Assembly: GCA_002749065.1 (NCBI GenBank)
Contig: PDTX01000005.1
Location: forward strand, 19,160-83,159
Direction of reading: 5' to 3'
DNA: 64,000 nt
Origin: Bacteroidia bacterium
Lineage (GTDB): Bacteria > Bacteroidota > Bacteroidia > Bacteroidales > CAJPTX01
The stretch's first letter is position 1. Each line of letters opens with the position of its first letter. Below the pieces are notes generated by a model. It was not told the DNA's origin. It ran no database searches and was given only the letters and a program-made list of their open reading frames with translations. Shown here in pieces: positions 19,436 to 28,632 of the stretch. The position numbers and the translations under genes are program-made.

Positions 19436-20773
19436 CTACTTCGCGTTACGAGCACGTATCATCGCCCCGGTCTGCCCCTTGCCCAGACGGATGTAGTCGA
19501 GCAGCGGGAGCGAGGCCGGGCAGGTGAAGCTACATGACCCACACTCTATGCACGACATGATGTCCTCGGCCTCCATCGACTCGAGCCGACCGGCCTTGGC
19601 CAGGCGTATCAGCAGGTAGGGCTCCAGGCCCATGGGGCAACCGAAGGAGCACTTCGAGCAGCGGATGCAGTGCTCCTCCTTCGGGCGCTTGGCGATCTTC
19701 TCGGGGAGGATTAGGATGCCCGACGTACCCTTGGTCACGGGCGCGTCCAGGTTCTTGAGCGCCTTGCCCATCATCGGGCCACCGGATATCACCTTGCCCG
19801 TATCGGCCGGCAGACCACCGGCGTAGGCTATCAGCTCGCTAATCGGGGTGCCCACGCGCGCCAGCACGTTCACCGGGTTGCCCACCGAGGGCCCCGTGAC
19901 GGTCACCACCCGCTCAAGCATCGGCTTCCTCTTCTGCACGGCCTCGTAGACCGCCAGCGCCGTGCCCACGTTCTGCACCACTGCGCCAACGTCTATGGGC
20001 AGCTTGCCCGCCGGGACCTCCCGGTCTATCGTCGCCGCAATCAGCTGCTTCTCACCCCCCTGCGGATACTGCACCTTCAGCGGCTGTATGCTGATGCCCG
20101 GGAAACCCTTGGCCAGCCCCTCCAGGTGCGCAATCGCATCAGGCTTGTTGTTCTCAATGCCCACGATGGCGGGTACCCCGCCCAGCACCTTCTGCAGAAT
20201 GGAGATACCGATGAGCACCTCCTCGCCACGCTCCAGCATGACGCGATGGTCGGACGTCAGGTAGGGCTCGCACTCCACGCCGTTCAGTATCAGGAACTCG
20301 GCCGTCTTACCAGCCGGGATTGACAGCTTCACGTGCGCCGGGAAGGTCGCACCGCCAAGGCCCACGATACCAGCCGCGGCCAGCAGGTCGATGATTTCCT
20401 TCGGCTCGAGGGTACACTCACGGAGCACCGTCTCGGTGCGGTCTATCTCGGGCAGCCACTCATCCCCATCCACCGCGATGCGAATGCAGGGCTTCGGGTA
20501 GCCAGACGCATCCACCACCGTATCAATCTTGGTGACCTTCCCGCTGACCGACGAGTGCAGGTTGGCCGACACGAACCCACCGGCCTGCGCCAACAGCTGG
20601 CCGACCTTCACCTCATCCCCAACCTTCACCACCGCCTGGGCGGGCGCACCAATGTGCTGCGAGACCATGAGCACCGCCTCCTTCGGCAGGGGCATGCGCT
20701 CGATTGCCTTCTTGGCGGAGAGCTTCCCCTCAGGTGGATGTACCCCGCCAAGCTTGAATGTTTTTAGTCCCAT
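19436..20773 (-). CDS. rnfC: Rnf electron transport complex subunit C
   Basis: GGVHPPEGK..GLGGATFP..two 4Fe-4S motifs CIRCSKCSFGCP and CIECGSCSFTCP. Confidence 0.93.
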   Translation of the reverse strand: MGLKTFKLGGVHPPEGKLSAKKAIERMPLPKEAVLMVSQHIGAPAQAVVKVGDEVKVGQLLAQAGGFVSANLHSSVSGKVTKIDTVVDASGYPKPCIRIAVDGDEWLPEIDRTETVLRECTLEPKEIIDLLAAAGIVGLGGATFPAHVKLSIPAGKTAEFLILNGVECEPYLTSDHRVMLERGEEVLIGISILQKVLGGVPAIVGIENNKPDAIAHLEGLAKGFPGISIQPLKVQYPQGGEKQLIAATIDREVPAGKLPIDVGAVVQNVGTALAVYEAVQKRKPMLERVVTVTGPSVGNPVNVLARVGTPISELIAYAGGLPADTGKVISGGPMMGKALKNLDAPVTKGTSGILILPEKIAKRPKEEHCIRCSKCSFGCPMGLEPYLLIRLAKAGRLESMEAEDIMSCIECGSCSFTCPASLPLLDYIRLGKGQTGAMIRARNAK

Positions 20774-20803
20774 ACCTCTATATCAGTATTTTTCTCTTCG
20801 TAA

Positions 20804-21796
20804 CTACTTCTCCTCGCTGCTGCCCTCGGGCTTCGCCTCCACCTTCGGGGCCTCCTGCGGAGCCGCACCAGCCTCCACCTTCGCGGCCTCCTCCTTCGGG
20901 GCTGCGGGGGCGGGCTGCGCTGCCGGCTTGGCCGGGGCCGCCGCCGGCTTAGCCTCCTCACCCGGCTTGGCCGCCGGACGAGGCGGGAAGTTCACCTCCC
21001 AAATCGCGCCCGTGGGGCAAACGGCCACGCACTTGCGGCACAGACGGCACTTGGCGAAGTCTATGTACGCCAGGTTGTTCTCCACCGTAATCGCCTCGAA
21101 GGGGCAGGTCTTCGCGCACTTCATGCAGCCTATGCACGCCACATCGCAGGCCTTCTTCGCCACGCCACCCTTCTCCTTGTTGATGCACGAAACGAAGACG
21201 CGACGGTCCTTCGGGCCCTTCTTCCGCAGCTCAATTACGTTCTTGGGGCACACGTCCACACACGCGCCGCAGGAGGTGCACTTCTCGGCATCCACCTCGG
21301 GGAGATGCGTCTCCGGGTTCATGTGGATCGCGTCGAAATCGCAGACGTTGGTACAATCCCCCAGGCCCAGGCAGCCAAACTGGCACCCCGTCTCGCCGTT
21401 GAACAGGGCCGCCTCCACCCGGCACGAGCGCGCCCCGTCGTAGCGCACCACGGCCTTCCGCTTGTCGGGGCTCCCGGAGCAACGCACCACGGCCACCATC
21501 GGGTCCTTGGCCTCCACGGCCTTACCGACGATTTCCGCCGCGCTGGCCATCGTCGCATTGCCACCCACCGGGCAGAAGAAACCGCTGATGTCATCCGCCT
21601 TCACGAACGCATCCGCAAAACCACGGCAACCAGGATAACCGCAACCACCGCAGTTCGCCCCGGGGAGAATACCCTCCACCTGGTCGATGCGGGGATCCTC
21701 GAACACCTTGAACTTCTGCGAGATTACGTACAGCAGGATTGCGGCGACAATGCCTATCCCGACCAGCACTAGAAGTGTGAACAGTATTGTACTCAT
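20804..21796 (-). CDS. rnfB: Rnf electron transport complex subunit B (Fe-S), with about 60-aa Ala/Pro/Lys/Glu-rich C-terminal tail
   Basis: TM helix, then PGANCGGCGYPGCRGFA and several ferredoxin-type CxxCxxCxxxCP motifs. Tail is PPRPAAKPGEEAKPAAAPAKPAAQPAPAAPKEEAAKVEAGAAPQEAPKVEAKPEGSSEEK. Confidence 0.9.
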   Translation of the reverse strand: MSTILFTLLVLVGIGIVAAILLYVISQKFKVFEDPRIDQVEGILPGANCGGCGYPGCRGFADAFVKADDISGFFCPVGGNATMASAAEIVGKAVEAKDPMVAVVRCSGSPDKRKAVVRYDGARSCRVEAALFNGETGCQFGCLGLGDCTNVCDFDAIHMNPETHLPEVDAEKCTSCGACVDVCPKNVIELRKKGPKDRRVFVSCINKEKGGVAKKACDVACIGCMKCAKTCPFEAITVENNLAYIDFAKCRLCRKCVAVCPTGAIWEVNFPPRPAAKPGEEAKPAAAPAKPAAQPAPAAPKEEAAKVEAGAAPQEAPKVEAKPEGSSEEK

Positions 21797-21810
21797 TTCC
21801 TACGAACCTT

Positions 21811-22242
21811 TTATTCCTTCCGAAGAATTGTTAAAGAGAAACTCTTAGAAATACGACCTTTCAGAAAATAGAGCGAGAGGTAGTACGGGGCCAGGAGCAG
21901 CAGCCCGACCACCGCCGAGAGCCCCTCGCTAAAACCCATGCCCTGCAGCGCGAAAATGGTGGCCACCACCAGGACGAATGGGACTAGGTAGCTGATAACC
22001 ACGGCGTAGAGCCCCTTGCTGTCCTGCAGGCCCACCTGCACATGGTCGCCGACCTGGTAGTCGGCCGAGTCGGTGTAGATGTCCACCTCCCGGTCCTGCG
22101 CCTCGCTCAGCCCGCAGGCCCCCTTGGCATGGCAACCAGAGCAGGCCGACATGGCCACAAAGGACACGCGCACAACACCCCCGCCCGAAGCCACAACCAC
22201 CCCGTGCTTTATTGCGCAACTTTGACCTTTTCCCCTAGCCAT
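21811..22242 (-). CDS. RseC/MucC family (SoxR-reducing system) protein
   Basis: VVRVSFVAMSACSGCHAKGACGLSE followed by two TM helices. Sits directly upstream of rnfB, as is typical for Bacteroidia rnf operons. Confidence 0.75.
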   Translation of the reverse strand: MARGKGQSCAIKHGVVVASGGGVVRVSFVAMSACSGCHAKGACGLSEAQDREVDIYTDSADYQVGDHVQVGLQDSKGLYAVVISYLVPFVLVVATIFALQGMGFSEGLSAVVGLLLLAPYYLSLYFLKGRISKSFSLTILRKE

Positions 22243-22269
22243 ATTTATGGTATTACTTATTCAGCCCCG

Positions 22270-22277
22270 CAAAACTA
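22270..22277 (-). promoter_or_regulatory. Candidate -7 box TAGTTTTG for the rseC-rnfBCDGEA operon
   Basis: Plus strand caaaacta, so minus strand TAGTTTTG, 28 nt upstream of the ATG at 22242. Motif match only. Confidence 0.4.
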
Positions 22278-22333
22278 CAAATAGAAAAGTATGGCGCTAG
22301 GGTTTTGCGGCGAGGGGCGGGCAATTTATAACA

Positions 22334-22360
22334 AATCCACCCTTTTGGATGGGGTGGATT
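22334..22360 (-). terminator. Hairpin (putative terminator) after the YhbP-like gene
   Basis: AATCCACCC-9 nt-GGGTGGATT, a 9-bp stem. The trailing sequence on the minus strand is only moderately T-rich. Confidence 0.45.
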
Positions 22361-22412
22361 GGCTACTAATCAGGCTATTACAGCTGTTTTGACTGGAACT
22401 AAATGCCCCCCT

Positions 22413-22901
22413 CTAGCCCTCCGGCGACAGGGCGCGCAGCGAGCTCAGAAGGTCGTCAAAATCGCCCGAGCTCGACCAGTGCAGCTTGGTCCCAAAGCCG
22501 AGCCTGTTGTCGGTGTACTTGAGCTTCGACACGTCCAGCTGCCAGAGCGTCAGGTCGGAGAGCACCGCGTAGGGATACTCACGGATGTAGGCCCGGCGTG
22601 CGGCCACCAGCTCAGAGGGGTCCACACGGGTCACCAAGCCCTGCAGCTGCAGGCCCTGTATGCGCCCAACGGTACGGGTCTCCAGGACGATGGAGGCGGC
22701 CACGAAGCAGTTGTGCGCGATGTCGGAGATATGGCGGCTCGCGATGGAGGAGGTGAAGATGAAGCTATTCCGCTCGGGCTGGTAGACATAGAAGCAGCTG
22801 GCGCACCACGGCTCGTCGCGGTAGCTCGTCGCGAGGTTCAGGACATGGTGCGCTTTGATAAAATCTACAATACGTTGGTCTACTGGGTTGTCAGAGGGCA
22901 T
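22413..22901 (-). CDS. Pyridoxamine 5'-phosphate oxidase-fold protein, YhbP/UPF0306-like
   Basis: HHVLNLATSYRDEPWCASCFYVY...IQGLQLQG...ARRAYIREYPYA...LWQLDVSKLKYTDNRLGFGTK parallels E. coli YhbP as I remember it (LWCANAFYLF...IRGVQFKG...KFTDNTLGFGKK). Confidence 0.75.
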   Translation of the reverse strand: MPSDNPVDQRIVDFIKAHHVLNLATSYRDEPWCASCFYVYQPERNSFIFTSSIASRHISDIAHNCFVAASIVLETRTVGRIQGLQLQGLVTRVDPSELVAARRAYIREYPYAVLSDLTLWQLDVSKLKYTDNRLGFGTKLHWSSSGDFDDLLSSLRALSPEG

Positions 22902-24211
22902 GCGCTTGGCGATTTGCTATTGGAGTTGAAATGCAGGGCCAGGATGGAGACATCGTCGAATACCTCACGGGTGCCACTCCCCTCCTGGTCGCGCACCATC
23001 TGGGCAATCCCGTCCACGAGCTGCGCGGGGTGGCTGTAGCGGGCGAGGGCCTCCTCCACCAGGGAGGTGCTGTAGATATCCGCGCTACCACAGCGGCTCT
23101 CCACCAGCCCGTCGGTGTAGCACACCAGCATGCTCGGCTCCTGGATACGTAGGCGCCGGGCCTCAAAGTACGGCAGCTCCTCCACCATGCCCAGGCCCAC
23201 CTGGTTGCTACCGAGGTACTCCAGCGAGCCGGAGACCTCCGAGCGGAGCGCCGGCGGGTTCTGCCCGGCATTGACGTACTCCAGCACGCCGCTGCGCGTA
23301 TCGAAGCGGGCAATGAAGGCCGTGATGAAGGTATCGCTCCCATCGGCCAGCTCCATGACCAGGTCGTTGAGCACCTTGACCAGATGCTCCATGCTCACCT
23401 CCACGGTCATCCGCGCGCGGAAGTGGGCGTTGAAGCTCGACATCATCAGCGCGGCCGGTATCCCCTTCCCCGATACATCCGCCACGCAGAAGCCTATCAT
23501 CGTGTCGCTCAGGCGGCGGACATCGAGCGAGTCGCCACCAATCTCGAAGTAGGGGCGGTAGAACATCCCGTACTCCACGCCCGGCATCCGGGGGAGATGC
23601 TTTGGCGACACGACCAGCACCCGCTGCAGCTTGCCCGCCATCTCCATCTGGTGCTGGAGGTCCTGCTGGCGTATCCGCTTGACCACCTGCTGGAAGTTGC
23701 TCAGCGAGAGGTAGCAGATGCTCGCCAGCGTCTCGGCGAACTTCAGGTGTTTGACGACGGGGCTGACCCCGCGCGTCGTCTCGCTGTTGTCCCCCAGGAG
23801 TACGTAGGCCCGGGCCTCCGAGTCCTGGAATATCGGGATAATCACGTCAAAGCCCCGGAAGAGGTCGATGTCCAGGCTGCTCACTATGGTGGGCTTCCTG
23901 TAGCCCAGGCCGTCCAGCACCGGGACCACCTGCTGGGGGCTCAGCGCCCCCCCCCCCAGGCCGCCGTCCTGCGTGTTGAGCAGCAGCTCCCAGTCCCTGT
24001 CCTCACCCTTGAAGTAGAATAGAACGTTGTCAATCAGCAAATCCTCATTGAGGATATGGCTGAAGCGCTCCATGAGGACCTTCGGGGTGAAGTCGCCGTA
24101 GTTTATCGAGCTGAAATCCAGCAGGGCACGCAGCTTGTACTGCGTAAGCTGTATGCGGGCATCCTTCGGGTTGACAAGCTCCCTACGGGGACTCTCCATC
24201 GGGTCTGGCAC
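22880..24211 (-). CDS. PP2C-family (SpoIIE/RsbU-like) protein phosphatase with possible N-terminal sensor (GAF-like) region
   Basis: YFEIGGDSLDV...GFCVADVSGKGIPAALMMS...FITAFIARFD...LEYVNAGQNPP...LVCYTDGLVE are SpoIIE/PP2C motifs. Its 3' end overlaps the next gene by 22 nt. Confidence 0.85.
   Translation of the reverse strand: MPDPMESPRRELVNPKDARIQLTQYKLRALLDFSSINYGDFTPKVLMERFSHILNEDLLIDNVLFYFKGEDRDWELLLNTQDGGLGGGALSPQQVVPVLDGLGYRKPTIVSSLDIDLFRGFDVIIPIFQDSEARAYVLLGDNSETTRGVSPVVKHLKFAETLASICYLSLSNFQQVVKRIRQQDLQHQMEMAGKLQRVLVVSPKHLPRMPGVEYGMFYRPYFEIGGDSLDVRRLSDTMIGFCVADVSGKGIPAALMMSSFNAHFRARMTVEVSMEHLVKVLNDLVMELADGSDTFITAFIARFDTRSGVLEYVNAGQNPPALRSEVSGSLEYLGSNQVGLGMVEELPYFEARRLRIQEPSMLVCYTDGLVESRCGSADIYSTSLVEEALARYSHPAQLVDGIAQMVRDQEGSGTREVFDDVSILALHFNSNSKSPSACPLTTQ
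23947..23957 (-). repeat. Homopolymeric tract C11 (G11 on the coding strand) inside the PP2C phosphatase gene
   Basis: Counted directly: gcg-ccccccccccc-agg. It encodes ..L GGG A.. (ctG GGG GGG GGG Gcg). Confidence 0.95.
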
Positions 24212-24250
24212 TGATGCGATGGTCTGAACCTAATGGCTGGGAGGGACAGG

Positions 24251-24820
24251 CTAGCTCTTCACGCGCTCGGAGTAGGCCCGGCTACGGGTGTCCACCTTCA
24301 GCACCTCGCCCGTGTTGATGAAGAGCGGGACATTGATGATGGCCCCGGTCTCCAGCTCGGCCTGCTTGGTCGCGGTCGAGCTCGCCGTATCGCCCTTCAC
24401 GCCCGGCTCGGTGTACACCACCTCCAGCTCCACGAAGGGGGGCATCTCGCACGTCAGCACCTTCTCCTCGTCGGCATGCACGAGCATCTCCACCCCCTGC
24501 CCCTCCTTCATCAGGTCGCTATTCTCTATCAGCTCCGGGTTGATGATGATCTCCTCGAAGGTCTCCTGGTGCATGAAGTGGAAGCCCAGGTCGTCCTTGT
24601 ACAGGAACTGGTAGGGTCGCCGCTCCACGCGCACGGGGTTGATCTTCACCCCCGCGTTGAAGGTGTTCTCTATCGTCTTACCCGTCTCGATATTCTTCAT
24701 CTTCGTGCGGACGAATGCGCTACCCTTGCCGGGCTTCACGTGCTGGAACTGCACCAGAACGTAGAGCTTCCCATTGTACTCCAAGCACATACCGTTACGA
24801 AAATCCGCTGTTGTTGCCAT
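24251..24820 (-). CDS. efp: Elongation factor P
   Basis: MATTADFRNGMCLEYNGKLYVLVQFQHVKPGKGSAFVRTKMKN is a canonical EF-P with the PGKG loop (Lys32). Confidence 0.96.
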   Translation of the reverse strand: MATTADFRNGMCLEYNGKLYVLVQFQHVKPGKGSAFVRTKMKNIETGKTIENTFNAGVKINPVRVERRPYQFLYKDDLGFHFMHQETFEEIIINPELIENSDLMKEGQGVEMLVHADEEKVLTCEMPPFVELEVVYTEPGVKGDTASSTATKQAELETGAIINVPLFINTGEVLKVDTRSRAYSERVKS

Positions 24821-24839
24821 AATCTGCTTTCGGTTCTAC

Positions 24840-25520
24840 CTATTTCTTTTCACGAACTAGCACCTCGTCTATCATCCCGTAGTCCTTCGCCTCCTGCGCC
24901 GTCATCCAGTAGTCACGGTCGCTATCCTGGGCCACCTTCTCCAGGGGCTGCCCGCTGTGGTCGGAGATGATCTGGTACAGCTCCCCCTTCAGCTTGAGGA
25001 TCTCCCGGGCCGTTATCTCGATGTCGGAGGCCTGGCCCTGCGCGCCCCCCATCGGCTGGTGGATCATCACCCGCGAATGGGGCAGGGCAGAGCGCTTACC
25101 CCGCGCCCCGGCGGTCAGCAACACTGCCGCCATGCTGGCCGCCATGCCGGTGCAAATCGTCGACACGTCGGCCTGGAGGTACTGCATCGTATCGTAGATG
25201 CCCAGCCCGGCGTACACGCCACCCCCGGGGCTATTCACGTAAATCTGGATGTCCTTGCCCGGGTCTACCGACTCCAGGAACAGCAGCTGCGCCTGGATGA
25301 TGTTGGCCACGTCGTCGTCTATCGGCACACCCAGAAAGATGATGCGGTCCATCATCAGGCGCGAGAACACGTCCATGGCCACCATGTTGAGCTTACGCTC
25401 CTCTATAATCGTCGGATTGATGTAGCCGTTGTAGACCGACTGGTAGCGATACAGGGTCGTGCTCTGTATCCCATGCGCCGCCCGGGCAAAGCTCTCAAAC
25501 TCCTTTCCAATATTCCTCAT
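24840..25520 (-). CDS. clpP: ATP-dependent Clp protease proteolytic subunit
   Basis: [15 protein letters not shown]...[13 protein letters not shown]...[10 protein letters not shown] contains the catalytic Ser/His context. Confidence 0.96.
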   Translation of the reverse strand: MRNIGKEFESFARAAHGIQSTTLYRYQSVYNGYINPTIIEERKLNMVAMDVFSRLMMDRIIFLGVPIDDDVANIIQAQLLFLESVDPGKDIQIYVNSPGGGVYAGLGIYDTMQYLQADVSTICTGMAASMAAVLLTAGARGKRSALPHSRVMIHQPMGGAQGQASDIEITAREILKLKGELYQIISDHSGQPLEKVAQDSDRDYWMTAQEAKDYGMIDEVLVREKK

Positions 25521-25522
25521 GC

Positions 25523-27118
25523 CTACTCCTCCGCCTTCTTGCGTGTCCGCTTCTTGGGGGCAGGCTCCTCACCCTCAGCCTTCTTCGTGCTCTTACGCTT
25601 GGGCTTTGCCTCCTCCGTGGCCTCGTCGCTCTTCTTGGCCCTAGTCGTACGCTTCTTGGGGGTCGCCTCCTTATCGTCCGCCTCAGCCTTCTGGGCCGTT
25701 GCGCGCTTCGCACCCCTCTTGGCCTTACCCTCCAGGAAGCGCACCAGCTCCACCGCGCTGTCCTTCGAATCCTCAAAGAACTTCGAGGCATCCATGTCCA
25801 CGTGGGTCACCGGCAGCTGCGAGGCCACCCAGCGCATGATGACACGCCGATTCAGCATCGGCCGCATCTGCTCATTGAACTCATTATCAGTCATAAGCCG
25901 CTGGCGGAACCAGTTACGGGCCTCCTCGCTATGCGCCAGCTGCCCCAGCCCCATGCTCTGCAGGTAATCCGTGGCCATGCCCTCCACCACCTCATTGATG
26001 GCCTCCGGATCCACCTCCACCTTCTGCTCCTCCATCTCGCGGTGTATACGCAGCTCAAGGCAGCTCTGCCGCAGACCGTAACGCTCGCTCTCCATATCCA
26101 CCTCGGCACGCTCCTCGTCCGAGAGCTCCACGTTCGCCACAAGGCGCTCGAGGAAATCATCCGGAATGTCAAAATCCCACGACTTCACCAGATGCTCGTT
26201 CAGCTTCATGTCCTCCACCTTCCGCACATCGATATTGAGCTGACGCTCAGCCGTCGAGCGCACCTCCTCCATCAGCACCTCAAGGCTCGAATCGTCCTCC
26301 TCCGGCTTGCCCAGCACCCGGCGGAGAAACGCCTCATCCACCTCGGGCAGCAAGCGCTTCTCCAGGCGCTCTATCTTGACCCGGTAATCCCGCTCCTCAC
26401 GAATCGTGCGCAGCTCCACATCCTCGATGGCCGGCTCGCCCTCCACGTTGAAAAACTCCGCGAACCTGCAGACCGCCAGCTCATCCCCCGCCTTGCGCCC
26501 CTTCAGCTCGGCCACACGCTCGGGTAGCACAACCCGCTGATTCTCAGCATCCATCGGCAGCATACGCTGAACAAAACCCTGCGGCAGGTCCTCGCCATCC
26601 ACGCTCAGCGGCATCGCCTCCAGCACCACCAGAGTATCGTCGCCAACCTCATCCACGGGCTCCGCGGTGGCGTTGGCCTCGCGCATCCCATCTATATACT
26701 TCTCGAGGTAGGCATCATCGGGCACCAGATGCACCACCTCCATGGCCATGTCCCTATCCAACGAATACGACGGCGCAACCCCAAGCTCCACCTTGAAGGT
26801 GAAATCCGACTCCACGCTGTAGTCGCACGCGGGCGTATCCTCAGTCGCCATCAGCCGCGTAAAGGAAAGTATACTATTCTCCTGGAGATACTCACCCACC
26901 GCGCTATCCAGAGCCTTCGACACCGCGTCCACACGGATACCCATACCATACTGGCTCTCAACGAGTTTACGAGGCACCTTACCCTTGCGGAAACCCTTCA
27001 CCGTCACACCCCTTATCGTATCCCTAAGCGCCTTCTCATACTGCGCCTTGTAGTCGCTAACCGCTACACACACCTCCATCGTCAGTACGCACGACGACTG
27101 CTCCGTCTTGATCTCCAT
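25523..27118 (-). CDS. tig: Trigger factor with about 68-aa Lys/Arg/Glu-rich C-terminal tail
   Basis: N-terminus ...[19 protein letters not shown] is the trigger-factor ribosome-binding signature. Directly upstream of clpP. 531 aa, against the roughly 430-450 aa I recall as usual. Confidence 0.9.
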   Translation of the reverse strand: MEIKTEQSSCVLTMEVCVAVSDYKAQYEKALRDTIRGVTVKGFRKGKVPRKLVESQYGMGIRVDAVSKALDSAVGEYLQENSILSFTRLMATEDTPACDYSVESDFTFKVELGVAPSYSLDRDMAMEVVHLVPDDAYLEKYIDGMREANATAEPVDEVGDDTLVVLEAMPLSVDGEDLPQGFVQRMLPMDAENQRVVLPERVAELKGRKAGDELAVCRFAEFFNVEGEPAIEDVELRTIREERDYRVKIERLEKRLLPEVDEAFLRRVLGKPEEDDSSLEVLMEEVRSTAERQLNIDVRKVEDMKLNEHLVKSWDFDIPDDFLERLVANVELSDEERAEVDMESERYGLRQSCLELRIHREMEEQKVEVDPEAINEVVEGMATDYLQSMGLGQLAHSEEARNWFRQRLMTDNEFNEQMRPMLNRRVIMRWVASQLPVTHVDMDASKFFEDSKDSAVELVRFLEGKAKRGAKRATAQKAEADDKEATPKKRTTRAKKSDEATEEAKPKRKSTKKAEGEEPAPKKRTRKKAEE

Positions 27119-27183
27119 TTGTCTATATACTTCTACTTCTAATCAGGTTCCATACCAAAAGCCCCCGCTGACGGCCACCAAGC

Positions 27184-27834
27184 CTAGATGACAGCCAGCT
27201 CGGTCTGCGGGGCAGTCGTCCTATCACCCACCTTCACGCGGATATCCGCATCGAGCGGAAGGTAAATATCCACCCGCGAACCGAACTTGATGAAGCCCAG
27301 CTCATTACCCTGCTCCACCTGCTCCTCTGCACGGGAGTAGCACACTATGCGCCGCGCCACCGCACCCGCCACCTGGCGAAGCAGCACACGACGACCATCG
27401 GCCCGCTCCAGCACCACCGTAGTACGCTCATTCTCAGTCGCTGACTTCGGCAACCAGGCCACCAAGAACTTACCCTTATGATACTTCTCGTAGACCACGC
27501 GTCCCCCTACCGGATACCAATTCGCATGGACATTCCACACGGACATGAAAATCGAAATCTGCATGCACTCGGCCTGGAGGAACTCCGGCTCAAAAACCTT
27601 CTCCACCACCACCACCTCGCCATCGCAGGGGGCGTACACCGCTCCGGAAGCGCGCGGACAGCTACGCTCCGGGTAACGAAAAAAGCGAAGAACGAAGAGC
27701 ACCGGCGGGAGCAGCAACAGCCCCACCAGCAACGCAGCACCATAGCCCACCAGCAAGTACGCCAGCAAGCACGCCAAACACCAGGCAGCCACCGCCAAAA
27801 TAACCGACGTCCTACCCTCCCTATGTATCATCAT
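27184..27834 (-). CDS. psd: Phosphatidylserine decarboxylase proenzyme
   Basis: Two N-terminal TM helices and the LGFIKFGSRVDIYLP cleavage motif (GS). Confidence 0.9.
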   Translation of the reverse strand: MMIHREGRTSVILAVAAWCLACLLAYLLVGYGAALLVGLLLLPPVLFVLRFFRYPERSCPRASGAVYAPCDGEVVVVEKVFEPEFLQAECMQISIFMSVWNVHANWYPVGGRVVYEKYHKGKFLVAWLPKSATENERTTVVLERADGRRVLLRQVAGAVARRIVCYSRAEEQVEQGNELGFIKFGSRVDIYLPLDADIRVKVGDRTTAPQTELAVI

Positions 27835-27910
27835 GCCTTCGCGAAATGAATTCTCGCAGCAAATGTAAGAATAATCCCGTTATCTACCCACCACCGTACT
27901 GGCGCACACG

Positions 27911-28504
27911 CTAGGCCACCTCCTGCTGCGAATGTAGCTTGCGCAGATTAATCAGCGCATAGCGCATGCGGCCCAGCGCCGTATTGATGCTCACGCCCGT
28001 ATGATCGGCTATCTCCTGGAAGGACATGCCCACGTAGTGGCGTAGCAGGACCACCTCACGCTGGCGCTCGGGTAAGCTATCGACTAAACGCCTGACCATC
28101 AAGCGCTCCTGCACACGGACCAGGGCCTCCTCGGGATTAGACTCATGCGAGACCACATGCTGATGCTGCCAGTCAAGGGGCAAATCCACCAGCGTGGCGC
28201 GGCGACGCTCCCGGTAGTGGTCCACTATAACGTTGCGAGCCACACGCATGACCCACGACTCGAAACGACCATCCTCTCGGTAGGTCCCCACCCGAAGGGC
28301 CAGACAGGCCTTCAGTAGGGTATCCTGCACCAAGTCCTTCGCCAGAACCGCATCCTTGACAGAGGACAACACATAGGCATACACGGAGGGGCGAACCTCA
28401 TCCAGACGCGACGCTATCGCTCGCTCGCTAGATACATCTTCACGCTCCGGCAGAACCGTTGGCCGACTACACGTGGCCACGGAATTTCCGTCTATCAACA
28501 TCAC
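27911..28504 (-). CDS. RNA polymerase sigma-70 family ECF sigma factor
   Basis: Region 2 (DLVQDTLLKA...WVMRVARNVIVDHYR) and region 4 (LPERQREVVLLRHYVGMSFQEIADHTGVSINTALGRMRYA). The start codon could be a downstream Met. Confidence 0.85.
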   Translation of the reverse strand: MMLIDGNSVATCSRPTVLPEREDVSSERAIASRLDEVRPSVYAYVLSSVKDAVLAKDLVQDTLLKACLALRVGTYREDGRFESWVMRVARNVIVDHYRERRRATLVDLPLDWQHQHVVSHESNPEEALVRVQERLMVRRLVDSLPERQREVVLLRHYVGMSFQEIADHTGVSINTALGRMRYALINLRKLHSQQEVA

Positions 28505-28632
28505 AACCTTGCTTTAAGTTACACTATCCAGAGCGTAGCATTCAAGCTATAGGCAATCCTCCCGAGCTAAAGTAATATGCAAGTGGCGAATTTAGTCAGC
28601 ACGAACTGCTGTAATCAATGCGCAATGGGCTA

